Source: Candidatus Omnitrophota bacterium (GTDB taxonomy: Bacteria > Omnitrophota > Gorgyraeia > Duberdicusellales > 4484-171). Taken from it: a stretch of 64,000 bases of DNA. This document shows, piece after piece, positions 38,899-47,722 of the stretch (positions are counted from its first letter, which is position 1; each line of letters begins with the position of its first letter). A program made the position numbers and the translations under genes. The DNA lies in the NCBI GenBank assembly GCA_018826075.1, contig JAHKAJ010000035.1, positions 15,069 to 79,068 of the forward strand. Reading direction: 5' to 3'. The notes under the pieces are model-generated. The model saw only the letters and a list, made by a program, of their open reading frames with translations. It was not told where the DNA came from and did not search any database.

Positions 38899-38993
38899 AA
38901 AACCGCGCCTAAGGATGATGTTCCCATCCCTCCCAGTGTTTAGAGCCAGCCTACTCCCCAAGTGTACATAAGGGTTAAATATTAATTTTTTTC

Positions 38994-39034
38994 TTGACAA
39001 ATTTACATCTATTGTCTATCATATCTATAGACAA
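38994..39034 (+). promoter_or_regulatory. Rrf2 promoter with an overlapping palindromic operator
   Basis: TTGACA-17 bp-TATCAT; TTGTCTAT-N7-ATAGACAA spans the -10. Confidence 0.75.
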
Positions 39035-39055
39035 ACTATACGAATGGAGGTTTAA

Positions 39056-39457
39056 ATGAAATTAACTACCAAAAGTGAATATTCATTGTTAGCGCTTATT
39101 TATGTCGCACGTAATGAGGGGCAGGGTTTTATCAAGATCGAAGATATCTGCAAGGAATATAGTATTTCCAAAAAATATTTAGAGCAGATATTCACTTCTT
39201 TAAGGCAGGCCAGATACATTAAAACTAAAACCGGCTCAGGTGGTGGTTATAAGTTGGCTAAGCCGGCTAAAAAGATAAGCGTGGCTGAGGTGATAAGGTT
39301 GATGGATGGTGCTTTAGCGCCGACTCTAGCAGTCAGTAAATACTTTTTTGAGCATACGCCGTTGGAGAAGGAAAGAAAAGTAATGCGGTTTTTTAGAGAA
39401 ATCAGGGATTATGTTTCAAACAAAGTGGAACGGTTAAAGATTTCCGATTTGGTATAA
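39056..39457 (+). CDS. Rrf2 family regulator lacking Fe-S cysteines (CymR-like)
   Basis: YLEQI, G.GGGY.LA, DGALAP; no C-terminal Cys triad. Confidence 0.9.
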   Translation: MKLTTKSEYSLLALIYVARNEGQGFIKIEDICKEYSISKKYLEQIFTSLRQARYIKTKTGSGGGYKLAKPAKKISVAEVIRLMDGALAPTLAVSKYFFEHTPLEKERKVMRFFREIRDYVSNKVERLKISDLV

Positions 39458-39470
39458 CCAGGAGGAAAAA

Positions 39471-40319
39471 ATGATTTTCGAGTTGTCGTTAGGTTTCATT
39501 GTTAGTTTGATCGTAGTCGCTTTTTTCTGTGAATATATCGATTCTACTTTAGGCATGGGCTACGGAACAACCTTGACTCCCTTGCTTTTGATAGTGGGGT
39601 ATAATCCGTTGCAGATTGTTCCGGTAGTTTTGATTTCAGAGTTGTTCAGTGGTTTGCTGGCCGGGTTTCTGCACCATCGCGAAGGCAATGTCGACCTTAA
39701 GCCGAAAACCTTAGATATTTATATAATTGGCCGAAAACTTAAAGAGTTGGGTTGTATAGAATGCTACAAGCGGGGCGTCCCTAAGCATTTGAAAGTAGCT
39801 TTACTTTTAGCTTTATGCAGTATAGTCGGCACGGTAGCTGCGGTGTTTCTGGCAGTCAACCTTCCTAAACTTTGGATAAAATTGTATATCGGAGTTTTAG
39901 TCCTGGCTATGGGAGTCACTATCATTATTTGTTTCAATAAGAGCTTCAAATTCTCCTGGAAAAAAATCGTCGGCCTGGGGTTGTTAGCTTCCTTTAACAA
40001 GGGCGTCAGTGGCGGTGGATACGGCCCGGTAGTCACCAGCGGACAAATCCTTTCCGGGGTAGAAGGTAAAAGTGCCGTAGGGATAACTTCCTTAGCCGAA
40101 GGTTTGACCTGTGCCGTAGGCATCATTACTTACATTTTTGTTTCTCATAAACCTTTAGATCTAAGGTTAGCTCCTTTTATCATTGTTGGAGCAATCCTGT
40201 CAGTTCCGTTTTCAGCTAAAAGTGTTAAAAAGATCACCGAGAAAAAAATAAAGATTGCTATTGCTATTCTGACTATAGTTCTGGGGGCATTCACTCTTAT
40301 CAAAACCGTAAGCGGCTAA
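39471..40319 (+). CDS. TSUP/TauE-SafE family transporter
   Basis: DSTLGMGYGTTLTP, SGGGYGP. Confidence 0.88.
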   Translation: MIFELSLGFIVSLIVVAFFCEYIDSTLGMGYGTTLTPLLLIVGYNPLQIVPVVLISELFSGLLAGFLHHREGNVDLKPKTLDIYIIGRKLKELGCIECYKRGVPKHLKVALLLALCSIVGTVAAVFLAVNLPKLWIKLYIGVLVLAMGVTIIICFNKSFKFSWKKIVGLGLLASFNKGVSGGGYGPVVTSGQILSGVEGKSAVGITSLAEGLTCAVGIITYIFVSHKPLDLRLAPFIIVGAILSVPFSAKSVKKITEKKIKIAIAILTIVLGAFTLIKTVSG

Positions 40320-40337
40320 CCGCCATCTCGCTAAACC

Positions 40338-40376
40338 ACTCCACAAACTCTGCCATTCCTGCTATAATACCTGTCT
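40338..40376 (+). promoter_or_regulatory. Leaderless-type promoter in front of the miaB 5' stub
   Basis: TCCACA-17 bp-TATAAT (TG extended); ATG 8 nt after the -10; no RBS. Confidence 0.7.
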
Positions 40377-40439
40377 ATGTCTAAAATCTACATCCGAACA
40401 CTCGGCTGTCAGGTAGTAGATTGGAGGAGGCAATTATGA
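40377..40439 (+). pseudogene. Truncated miaB 5' stub (MSKIYIRTLGCQ-VVDWRRQL*)
   Basis: AAAATCTACATCCGAACACTCGGCTGTCAG versus AAAATCTACATCCGCACCTTCGGCTGTCAG in intact miaB. Confidence 0.85.
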
Positions 40440-41200
40440 AGCAATGGTATGAGTCATTATTTGAGAATTATGCGAAAAAATATGACCAGGAGTGTTTTGT
40501 CCAGGGAACGCTTGGCGAATGCGATTTTATTGAACAGGAAATAAATCACGATAAATCCTTAAAGATCATCGATATCGGCTGCGGCACCGGCCGGCATTCT
40601 ATTGAATTGGCTAAAAGAGGCTATGAGGTTACAGGGATAGATTTATCGGAATCCCAACTGGCCTGGGCAAAAGAGAAAGCAAAACAAAACAATTTTAACA
40701 TTGATTTTCGCAAACACGACGCCAGAAACCTCCCCTTTAAAGCCGAATTTGACCTGGCGATAATGCTTTGCGAAGGCGGTTTTTCTTTAATGGAAACCGA
40801 TGAGATGAATTTTGAAATATTAAAGAACGCGACAAAGGCGTTAAAAGATAAGGGTAAGTTTATATTCACGACATTGAACGGGTTATTTCCGCTTTTTCAT
40901 TCGGTCAAAGAATTTTATGAGTCCGCGGCCAAAGAAGGTAATTCAGCGTGTAAAAATTGTTCTTTCGATCTGATGACCTTCCGGGACCACAACACCGTCG
41001 TGTTCGAGGACGATGCCGGAACTAAAAAGGAATTAACCTGTAACCAGCGTTACTATGCGCCAAGTGAACTGACATGGCTTTTAAAGACGCTGGGGTATAA
41101 AAAAATCGATATTTTCGGCGCCAAACTCGGGGCTTTTTCAAGAAACGATAAACTGACGACTGAAGATTTTGAAATGCTGGTTATTGCGGAAAAATTATGA
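40436..41200 (+). CDS. Class I SAM-dependent methyltransferase
   Basis: DIGCGTGRH, GIDLS, DAR; GGAGG RBS; ATGA overlap with the upstream stub. Confidence 0.92.
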   Translation: MKQWYESLFENYAKKYDQECFVQGTLGECDFIEQEINHDKSLKIIDIGCGTGRHSIELAKRGYEVTGIDLSESQLAWAKEKAKQNNFNIDFRKHDARNLPFKAEFDLAIMLCEGGFSLMETDEMNFEILKNATKALKDKGKFIFTTLNGLFPLFHSVKEFYESAAKEGNSACKNCSFDLMTFRDHNTVVFEDDAGTKKELTCNQRYYAPSELTWLLKTLGYKKIDIFGAKLGAFSRNDKLTTEDFEMLVIAEKL

Positions 41201-41280
41201 AAATTTTTATTAAGACGTATGGCTGCCAGATGGAAACGTCTCTACATACCGATTTTACATTTATTGGGAGAGGCGTATAG
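41197..41280 (+). pseudogene. Second truncated miaB 5' stub (MKIFIKTYGCQM-ETSLH...*)
   Basis: Canonical MiaB N-terminal motif I.TYGCQM, then unrelated sequence. Confidence 0.85.
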
Positions 41281-41388
41281 CCATAGATAACTGGTTATAA
41301 AATAGAGGGTTACAAAAAGTATCCTTGACAGAACCGAACGTAAGCGAAAAATTATCTTTTTGCTTTTTAATAAAATATTTAAGGAAAA

Positions 41389-42141
41389 ATGGATTTTTAC
41401 AGTATTTTCATTGTATGCATCGTTTCCTTTATAGCTAGTATCGTAGGTGTTTCTATAGGGGGAACATCGCTTATTACGATTCCTGTTCTTATCTGGCTTG
41501 GCATGATACCGAATAAAGCTGTGGCAACTAATATGTTTGCATTGATTTTTCTAAGTATAAGCGGAACAATAGGGTTTAGGAAACAAAGCAAGGTTGCACA
41601 TCATAAGCTTATATTTTTATTTGTGATCATAACCATTGCCGGTTCATTTATAGGCGCAAATATAGTCGCAGGTCTTAATGCCGATATATTAAGAAGAGTA
41701 ATAGCGATTGTTATTTGTTTGATAGCAGGATCCTTTATTTTAAAAAAAGATTTAGGCATACAGGAGAAAAAACAGCGACTAACGGTTATAAAATTAATAG
41801 TCGGTACTTTGTTGGTTTTTATTTTGGGTATCTATGGAGGTTTTTTTAGTGGAGGGTATGTTACCCTTTTAAGTTACGTTTTTATATTAATTTTCGGTTT
41901 TAATTTTCTTCAAACTGCATTTATCACAAAAGTATTTAACACATTCTCTTCTTTAGTTGCTTGTATTTTATTTTACCATTACGAATTAATCGATTTTTCT
42001 ATTGGTATTCCATTGGCTATATCAATGTTTTTTGGTGCGCTTTATGGTTCTAAAATGGCTATTTTAAAAGGGAATAAGTGGATTAGAAATTTGTTTATTA
42101 TATTTGCTGTTGGTTTAGCTACCAAATTAATATTTTTTTGA
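41389..42141 (+). CDS. TSUP/TauE-SafE (YfcA-like) transporter, AT-rich
   Basis: GG.SLITIP, A.ATN, GIYGGFFSGG; visibly more AT-rich than flanks. Confidence 0.88.
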   Translation: MDFYSIFIVCIVSFIASIVGVSIGGTSLITIPVLIWLGMIPNKAVATNMFALIFLSISGTIGFRKQSKVAHHKLIFLFVIITIAGSFIGANIVAGLNADILRRVIAIVICLIAGSFILKKDLGIQEKKQRLTVIKLIVGTLLVFILGIYGGFFSGGYVTLLSYVFILIFGFNFLQTAFITKVFNTFSSLVACILFYHYELIDFSIGIPLAISMFFGALYGSKMAILKGNKWIRNLFIIFAVGLATKLIFF

Positions 42142-42152
42142 AGAGGAGAAAT

Positions 42153-43265
42153 ATGCCAAAAAAAATCTACATCCGCACCTTCGGCTGTCAGATGAACGTT
42201 CGCGATTCAGAAGCACTGTTGGGGTTGTTTTTAGAGAGGGGTTATCAGGCAGCCAAAGACGAAAGCCAGGCTGATATTATTTTGGTCAATACCTGTTCGG
42301 TCAGGGCGCATGCTGAAAACCGGGCCCTTTCTTATTTGGGCAGCTTAAAAAAATTCACTGAACGGCGCAGGACCCGGGGAGCTAAACGCAAAGTCATCGG
42401 GCTTATCGGCTGTATGGCTAAAAATCTTGGTGAAGAAGTTTATCAGAGAATGTCTCATGTTGATTTGATCTGCGGCCCGGCCAGTCTGGCTAAGATTCCA
42501 GTTTATTGTGATAAGATCAAAAAAGACAACATCCGAATAATCGATTTAGATGATGACTTGCGTGATGAGGAGTTCTACCGTTCGAGTTTTCGCCTTCAGC
42601 CGGATCATGCTCAAGTAGTGATTTCGACCGGTTGTTCAAACCATTGTTCTTATTGCGTGGTTCCTTTTGTTCGGGGAGAATTGCGCCTTAGGAGGCCAGA
42701 AGATGTTATAGTGGAGGTTAAGCGGAATATTGATCTGGGGATAAAGAAAATTACCCTGCTTGGGCAAAACGTCAACGATTATCCCAATTTTATTGATTTA
42801 TTATCTAAAGTCGAGAAAATAGCAGGAATTGAGGAGTTAAATTTTATAACCTCTCAGCCGCGGAATGTGCCAGAAGGGTTGTTTGAATTTATGGCAAGGT
42901 CGGGAAAAATCTCAAAACACCTGCATTTGCCGTTTCAGTCCGGTTCAAACCGGATTCTAAAGAAGATGAACCGCGGCTATACCCGCCAGAATTACTTGCA
43001 ATTGGTGGATAGTTATAAGAAAATAGTAAAAGGAACTTTAAGTACTGATGTTATTGTTGGTTTTCCTACTGAGGCTGATAAGGATTTTTTAGCCACCAAA
43101 GATATCCTGGAAAAGGTTCGGTTTAGAAAAGCTTATATTTTTAAATATTCGCCGCGGCCGCGGGCTAAAAGCAGCAAGATGGTTGACGATGTGTCCGATG
43201 AGCTAAAGGTAAAACGGCATAAGATATTACTGGATTTACAAAAGAAGATCTCTTTAAACAAATGA
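42153..43265 (+). CDS. miaB: tRNA methylthiotransferase MiaB lacking the C-terminal TRAM domain
   Basis: TFGCQMN, NTCSVR, GC, CSNHCSYC, HLPFQSGS, DVIVGFP; GAGGAG RBS; adjacent to miaA. Confidence 0.92.
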   Translation: MPKKIYIRTFGCQMNVRDSEALLGLFLERGYQAAKDESQADIILVNTCSVRAHAENRALSYLGSLKKFTERRRTRGAKRKVIGLIGCMAKNLGEEVYQRMSHVDLICGPASLAKIPVYCDKIKKDNIRIIDLDDDLRDEEFYRSSFRLQPDHAQVVISTGCSNHCSYCVVPFVRGELRLRRPEDVIVEVKRNIDLGIKKITLLGQNVNDYPNFIDLLSKVEKIAGIEELNFITSQPRNVPEGLFEFMARSGKISKHLHLPFQSGSNRILKKMNRGYTRQNYLQLVDSYKKIVKGTLSTDVIVGFPTEADKDFLATKDILEKVRFRKAYIFKYSPRPRAKSSKMVDDVSDELKVKRHKILLDLQKKISLNK

Positions 43266-44011
43266 AAAACCGCTTAACAAAGATCCTTTTGGTATATGGT
43301 TTATTGTCTACAGCTTATGGTTTGAATTTTTCCTATGCACTTTCTTTAAAGGATGCACAGCGGGATTACCTGGCCGGCAACTACGAGGAATCGATAGCTA
43401 AAGCTAGCCGTTTACGTGAGAACGATGAAGTTCTTTATTTTTTAGCTTTAGTTCACATGAAGAATTCCGATTACCAACAGGCGAGAAGCTATTTGGATAA
43501 GTTGATCCAGCGTTTTCCCAATTCCAGCTTTCATGATCTAACGATATTTAAGCTGGCTGATATTTATTTTTTAGAAAAGGATTATGAACAAGCACAAGGC
43601 CTTTATCAGCAATTAGAGTTGAATTGTCCCAAACTTGGAAACAAATCTTTACTTTTTTTGCGTTTAGCCCAAGTTGCCAGCCGTCAAGGAGATTGGGAAG
43701 CAAAAAACAAATATATCCGGTTGATCAAAGAAAAATATTCTCGAGGTCCGGAGGCAAAATTCGCAGAAACTTTGGAAAGTTATGGGGATTTTTTTACGGT
43801 TCAGGTTGGTGCCTTTACCGAAAGGAAAAATGCCCTTTCGCTTAGTGAAGAGTTGATTGCTAAAGGTTACGACAGTTCAATAGTCGAAGATGAGCAGGGA
43901 GCCTATTTTTTATATAAGGTAAGAATCGGCAGGTACAATAGCCGTTATGAGGCTCAAAAGATTTCCTCTCAACTTTCCAATGACGGATACCCTGCCAAAA
44001 TCTACCCTTAA
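43262..44011 (+). CDS. Secreted TPR plus SPOR domain protein
   Basis: Signal peptide, TPR helices, TVQVGAF...YKVRIG. Confidence 0.85.
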   Translation: MKNRLTKILLVYGLLSTAYGLNFSYALSLKDAQRDYLAGNYEESIAKASRLRENDEVLYFLALVHMKNSDYQQARSYLDKLIQRFPNSSFHDLTIFKLADIYFLEKDYEQAQGLYQQLELNCPKLGNKSLLFLRLAQVASRQGDWEAKNKYIRLIKEKYSRGPEAKFAETLESYGDFFTVQVGAFTERKNALSLSEELIAKGYDSSIVEDEQGAYFLYKVRIGRYNSRYEAQKISSQLSNDGYPAKIYP

Positions 44012-44013
44012 CT

Positions 44014-44934
44014 ATGCATCCGGTTATTTTTATAGTCGGCCCGACTGCCAGCGGTAAAAGCGATGTCAGCTTGTTGTTAGCCCAAGGGCTTAATGCTGAA
44101 ATAATTTCGGCTGATTCGATGCTGGTCTACCGGGAACCCTCGATCATTACTTCTAAGCCTTCCGGCGCGATGCTTAACAAAGTAGCGCATCATTTCGTGG
44201 GAACGATTTCGGTGAGGGAGATCTACAGCGTATTCGATTATTTTCGTTCCAGCACCGAGTTGATCCGAAGCCTTTATTTTAAAGGTAAGCCGGTCATTGT
44301 CTGCGGCGGAAGCGGCCTCTATATTAAAGCCATAATTGACGGGATCTTTGAGGGTTCCGGCCGTAATGATAAGTTACGCCAGGCACTTCAAAAGTCAGCC
44401 GATATTTACGGTAAACAATATTTATATCAGGAGTTGGAAAAAGTGGACCGCTCGGCGGCAAAAAGAATTTCACCCGGTGATCTAAGGCGGATAATCAGGG
44501 CTTTGGAAGTTTACTATCAGACCGGAATGCCGATCTCTCAAAAACAAAGCCTTTCCTTTGGGCTTTGGGGAGACCTACCGATCAGGATTTTCGGTCTGCG
44601 CCTCAACCGCCGTAACCTTTATCGCCGGATCGAAGAAAGGGTCGATCGGATGTTTGCTCAAGGGGCAGTGGATGAAGTTGAGGCTTTAAGGCAGCAAGAC
44701 TTAAGCCTTACCGCCGGAAAGATCATTGGGGTAAAAGAAATCGGAGAGCTCTTGGAAGGTAAGGTTAATCAAGATCAAGCCCGGCTAAACATGAAAAAAA
44801 ATACCCGTCATTTAGCCAAACGCCAGATCACCTGGTTTAAAAAAGACAAGCGCATCGAATGGATAGATATCGATGATTTAACGCTTGAAAATATTAATGA
44901 TGAGATCCTGCGAAGAATAAACACTGATGTATGA
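44014..44934 (+). CDS. miaA: tRNA dimethylallyltransferase
   Basis: [26 protein letters not shown]. Confidence 0.95.
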   Translation: MHPVIFIVGPTASGKSDVSLLLAQGLNAEIISADSMLVYREPSIITSKPSGAMLNKVAHHFVGTISVREIYSVFDYFRSSTELIRSLYFKGKPVIVCGGSGLYIKAIIDGIFEGSGRNDKLRQALQKSADIYGKQYLYQELEKVDRSAAKRISPGDLRRIIRALEVYYQTGMPISQKQSLSFGLWGDLPIRIFGLRLNRRNLYRRIEERVDRMFAQGAVDEVEALRQQDLSLTAGKIIGVKEIGELLEGKVNQDQARLNMKKNTRHLAKRQITWFKKDKRIEWIDIDDLTLENINDEILRRINTDV

Positions 44935-46204
44935 AACTACCCAAAAAGAAACTGCGCTTTTAGTCGTAGTCAAAGAGCCCAAAGAGCACTGGCTGTCTGA
45001 GGATCTAGCTTTGGAATTTGAGGCTTTGGTCCTGTCTTCGGGAATCCAGCCGGCCCGGACCATCATCGTAAAGTTGGTTCAGCCCAACCCAGCGCTTTAT
45101 ATCGGAAAAGGAAAAGTAGAGGAGCTAAGGCTTATCCGGGAAGAGCTCAAAGCCGATGTCGTGATTTTTAACGCCAATCTTAAATTTACCCAGCAGAGAA
45201 ATTTAGAGGAAATATTGACGGTTAAGACCATCGACCGCACCCAGCTTATCCTGGATATTTTTGCCAAACATGCCCATAGCCAGGAGGGAATCTTACAGGT
45301 CGAATTGGCCCAGCTTCAATATCTCTTGCCGCGCCTTAGAGGTAAAGGCATTGCCCTTTCGCGTTTAGGCGGCGGTATCGGAACCCGCGGCCCGGGTGAA
45401 AAAAAGCTTGAAGTCGACCAGCGAAAAATTTCCGACCGGATAACCAGGATCAAAGAAGAATTAAAGGGCTTGGGCCAGCACCATGATGTAATGCGCAAGA
45501 AGCGCGACAAAGCTAAAGAGTATATGTGCTCTTTGGTCGGCTACACCAATGCCGGTAAAACTACCTTGTTTAATAGCTTAGCCCAGGCTGATCAGATAGA
45601 GTCATCAAGCTTGTTTACTACCCTTGATACAGTAGCCAGAAAGTTTTTGTTAGATTCAGGACAGCAAATAGTTTTATCGGACACAGTGGGTTTTATCTAC
45701 AATCTGCCGCCTAATTTAATTGAAGCTTTTAAAACTACGCTTGATGAACTTCAATATGCCGATGTTTTACTGCACCTAATCGATTCCAGCAGTAAGAATT
45801 TGCTGCAGCATAAAAAAGCAGTTGACCATATCCTAGCTGATTTAAAGCTGGATTCAAAACCGATCCTTACGGTTTTTAACAAGATCGACCTGATAGCGCC
45901 AGCAGAAGCAGAATTTTTGAGGAAAGATTACCCCCAAGGGATTTTTATCTCGGCCAAACAAGGCATAGGTTTGCTTGAGCTTAAGCAGGCGATAGCTTCA
46001 GGCGTGGAGAAGGGCGCTTTGGAAGTAGTGGTTAAAGTCCCTTTTAACCGTATGGAAATTATTAGCTATTTGCATAAAAGCTGCGAAGTTTTGAAAAACA
46101 CCTGTGATCAAAAAGAGTCAGTATACTGGTTACGTCTTAAACAGGATAAACTTGACTACATAAAAAAGCAGGGGTTTATTGTAAAAGAGTTAAAAAAACA
46201 CTAA
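44927..46204 (+). CDS. hflX: GTPase HflX
   Basis: [28 protein letters not shown]. Confidence 0.96.
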   Translation: MYETTQKETALLVVVKEPKEHWLSEDLALEFEALVLSSGIQPARTIIVKLVQPNPALYIGKGKVEELRLIREELKADVVIFNANLKFTQQRNLEEILTVKTIDRTQLILDIFAKHAHSQEGILQVELAQLQYLLPRLRGKGIALSRLGGGIGTRGPGEKKLEVDQRKISDRITRIKEELKGLGQHHDVMRKKRDKAKEYMCSLVGYTNAGKTTLFNSLAQADQIESSSLFTTLDTVARKFLLDSGQQIVLSDTVGFIYNLPPNLIEAFKTTLDELQYADVLLHLIDSSSKNLLQHKKAVDHILADLKLDSKPILTVFNKIDLIAPAEAEFLRKDYPQGIFISAKQGIGLLELKQAIASGVEKGALEVVVKVPFNRMEIISYLHKSCEVLKNTCDQKESVYWLRLKQDKLDYIKKQGFIVKELKKH

Positions 46205-46280
46205 AAAATAATTTAAAAGTTTTTAAAAAATAACTTGACAAATTTTAAAAGATATTGTATATATGAAGTGGAGGAAAAAG

Positions 46281-46559
46281 ATGATTTGGGAAGAGCTTGA
46301 CTCCCAGTTTGAGATTGAGATACCGCCCGATGAGCCGGTGTACCCGGTTAACGTGGTCTGCGATCTTTTGCATATGCAGTATTATTTACTTCATGAGATC
46401 ATGCGTGAAGGGGTATTAAGGCAGCGAAAAAAAGAAAAGGCTAAAAAGCTTTTTTCCAAAAAAGACTTAAAGGTGCTTAGATATGTGCAATATCTTATTG
46501 AAGAAAAGGGTGTTAACGTCAAGGGAGTCAAGGTTATTTTAGAGATGCGGGAAGTCTAG
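46281..46559 (+). CDS. MerR-family HspR-like heat-shock regulator
   Basis: PVY....V.DLL, FS..DL, EKGVN..GV..IL; GGAGG RBS; TTGACA at 46235. Confidence 0.72.
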   Translation: MIWEELDSQFEIEIPPDEPVYPVNVVCDLLHMQYYLLHEIMREGVLRQRKKEKAKKLFSKKDLKVLRYVQYLIEEKGVNVKGVKVILEMREV

Positions 46560-46577
46560 GTTTTTTTTGAGGTTAAT

Positions 46578-46604
46578 TTAGCAGTCTAGCGCGCAGAGTG
46601 CTAA
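46578..46604 (+). promoter_or_regulatory. CIRCE element upstream of hsp20
   Basis: TTAGCAGTC-N9-GAGTGCTAA. Confidence 0.9.
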
Positions 46605-46650
46605 ATTAGGTAAAGATAGAGGTAGAGGTAAAGATCAAGGAGGGAGGAAG

Positions 46651-47088
46651 ATGAAGTTAGTAAGGTATAAGCCGCTTAGTTTATGGGCAAATCCCTGGCA
46701 GGATTTGGGCCGGTTGTTCGATCTTACTTTTGATAATAGCTTAGGCCTGGGTAATGATGTTCTTTCGCCAAGTTTGGATATCAGCGAAGACAAGGAGAAT
46801 ATTTATCTGGAAGCTGACCTTCCGGGATTTGAACAGAAAGACATCAAGGTGAAGATCAAGGGTGACATTCTTAGTATTAGCGCCAAACGCCAGGAAACTA
46901 AAGAGGAGAAAGGAAAAAATTTCTTTCGTAAAGAAAGGTTTGAGGGCAGTTTTTACCGGACCCTGCAGCTTCCGGCAGGCGTTGACGCCTCAAAGGTCAA
47001 TGCTGATTATCAGAAAGGGGTGCTTAAACTGGCTCTTTCTAAAAAGGAAGAAGAAAAGGAAAAAGAGATTCAGATCGATTTGAATTAA
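46651..47088 (+). CDS. Hsp20/alpha-crystallin small heat-shock protein
   Basis: ADLPG, ER..GSF.R, A.Y..GVL. Confidence 0.93.
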   Translation: MKLVRYKPLSLWANPWQDLGRLFDLTFDNSLGLGNDVLSPSLDISEDKENIYLEADLPGFEQKDIKVKIKGDILSISAKRQETKEEKGKNFFRKERFEGSFYRTLQLPAGVDASKVNADYQKGVLKLALSKKEEEKEKEIQIDLN

Positions 47089-47105
47089 GCAAATTTTTAG
47101 CTTAG

Positions 47106-47226
47106 TTTTCAAAATAGCGATTTTGCGTGCACACATCCCTAAATATTGCTGTATCAACCTAGTTGAATGGGCCCCTTCGGGGCCTGCTTCGGCTCGTTGC
47201 GCGCGCAAAAATCGCTATTTTGAAAA
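47106..47226. repeat. MITE/REP-like or structured-RNA element with about 27-bp terminal inverted repeats
   Basis: TTTTCAAAATAGCGATTTTGCGTGCAC ... GCGCGCGCAAAAATCGCTATTTTGAAAA; inner hairpins with TTCG loops. Confidence 0.7.
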
Positions 47227-47285
47227 TCAATAGTTGCCAGATGGCGGATTTGCGGTAGAATTGGTGTTTAAACACAGGAGTCCAA

Positions 47286-47642
47286 ATGAGAATCGATGTA
47301 TCTTTTAAGTATCTGGAAAAGAGCGATTTTATTGACAACATTCTAGAAGGTAATTTCAGAAAGATCGAGCGGCGCCTTAAAATGTTCCGGCGGCAAGACC
47401 CGGTGCACATTTCAGTGCATCTGGAAAAGAATCCTCACAAGGAACAGTATTTTTGCCGTTCTCATGTGTATTTGCCTTCTTCTAAAGTTGTAGCTGCCGA
47501 CGAAAACGGCCGAAATATTTCCCTGGCTGTAAACAAGGCTTTTTCGGCTATAAGCAAGCAATTGGATAAGGAGAAGCATAAGTGGGAAAAGCAAAGAAGG
47601 CAGAGCCGGCAGAAACGCTTGAAGAACGATTTTGGGGAGTAA
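47286..47642 (+). CDS. Ribosome hibernation factor (HPF/RaiA family)
   Basis: Short HPF-like sequence pattern ending in A...I.KQL.K.K.K; 118 aa. Confidence 0.78.
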   Translation: MRIDVSFKYLEKSDFIDNILEGNFRKIERRLKMFRRQDPVHISVHLEKNPHKEQYFCRSHVYLPSSKVVAADENGRNISLAVNKAFSAISKQLDKEKHKWEKQRRQSRQKRLKNDFGE

Positions 47643-47649
47643 GTTTGGC

Positions 47650-47707
47650 TTGACTCAAGATTAGCCTTATGTTAGGATACCTGGCACTCTCAGTTTAAGA
47701 GTGCTAA
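47650..47707 (+). promoter_or_regulatory. hrcA operon promoter plus CIRCE
   Basis: TTGACT-17 bp-TAGGAT; CTGGCACTC-N9-GAGTGCTAA at 47681-47707. Confidence 0.9.
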
Positions 47708-47722
47708 AGGTATGGTGAAACA

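Noticed and set aside
38900-38962. GGGGAGTAG on the minus strand resembling the yybP-ykoY riboswitch start
   Set aside because: The remaining riboswitch motifs are absent and it points antisense into GH15
21400-42150. Intact prophage, ICE or classical integron
   Set aside because: No integrase, transposase, phage or conjugation gene, and no attC-like repeats recognised
47639-47659. Possible HspR HAIR operator (CTTGACTCAAG)
   Set aside because: Only the ACTCAAG half-site is present; the CTTGAGT-N7 partner is missing
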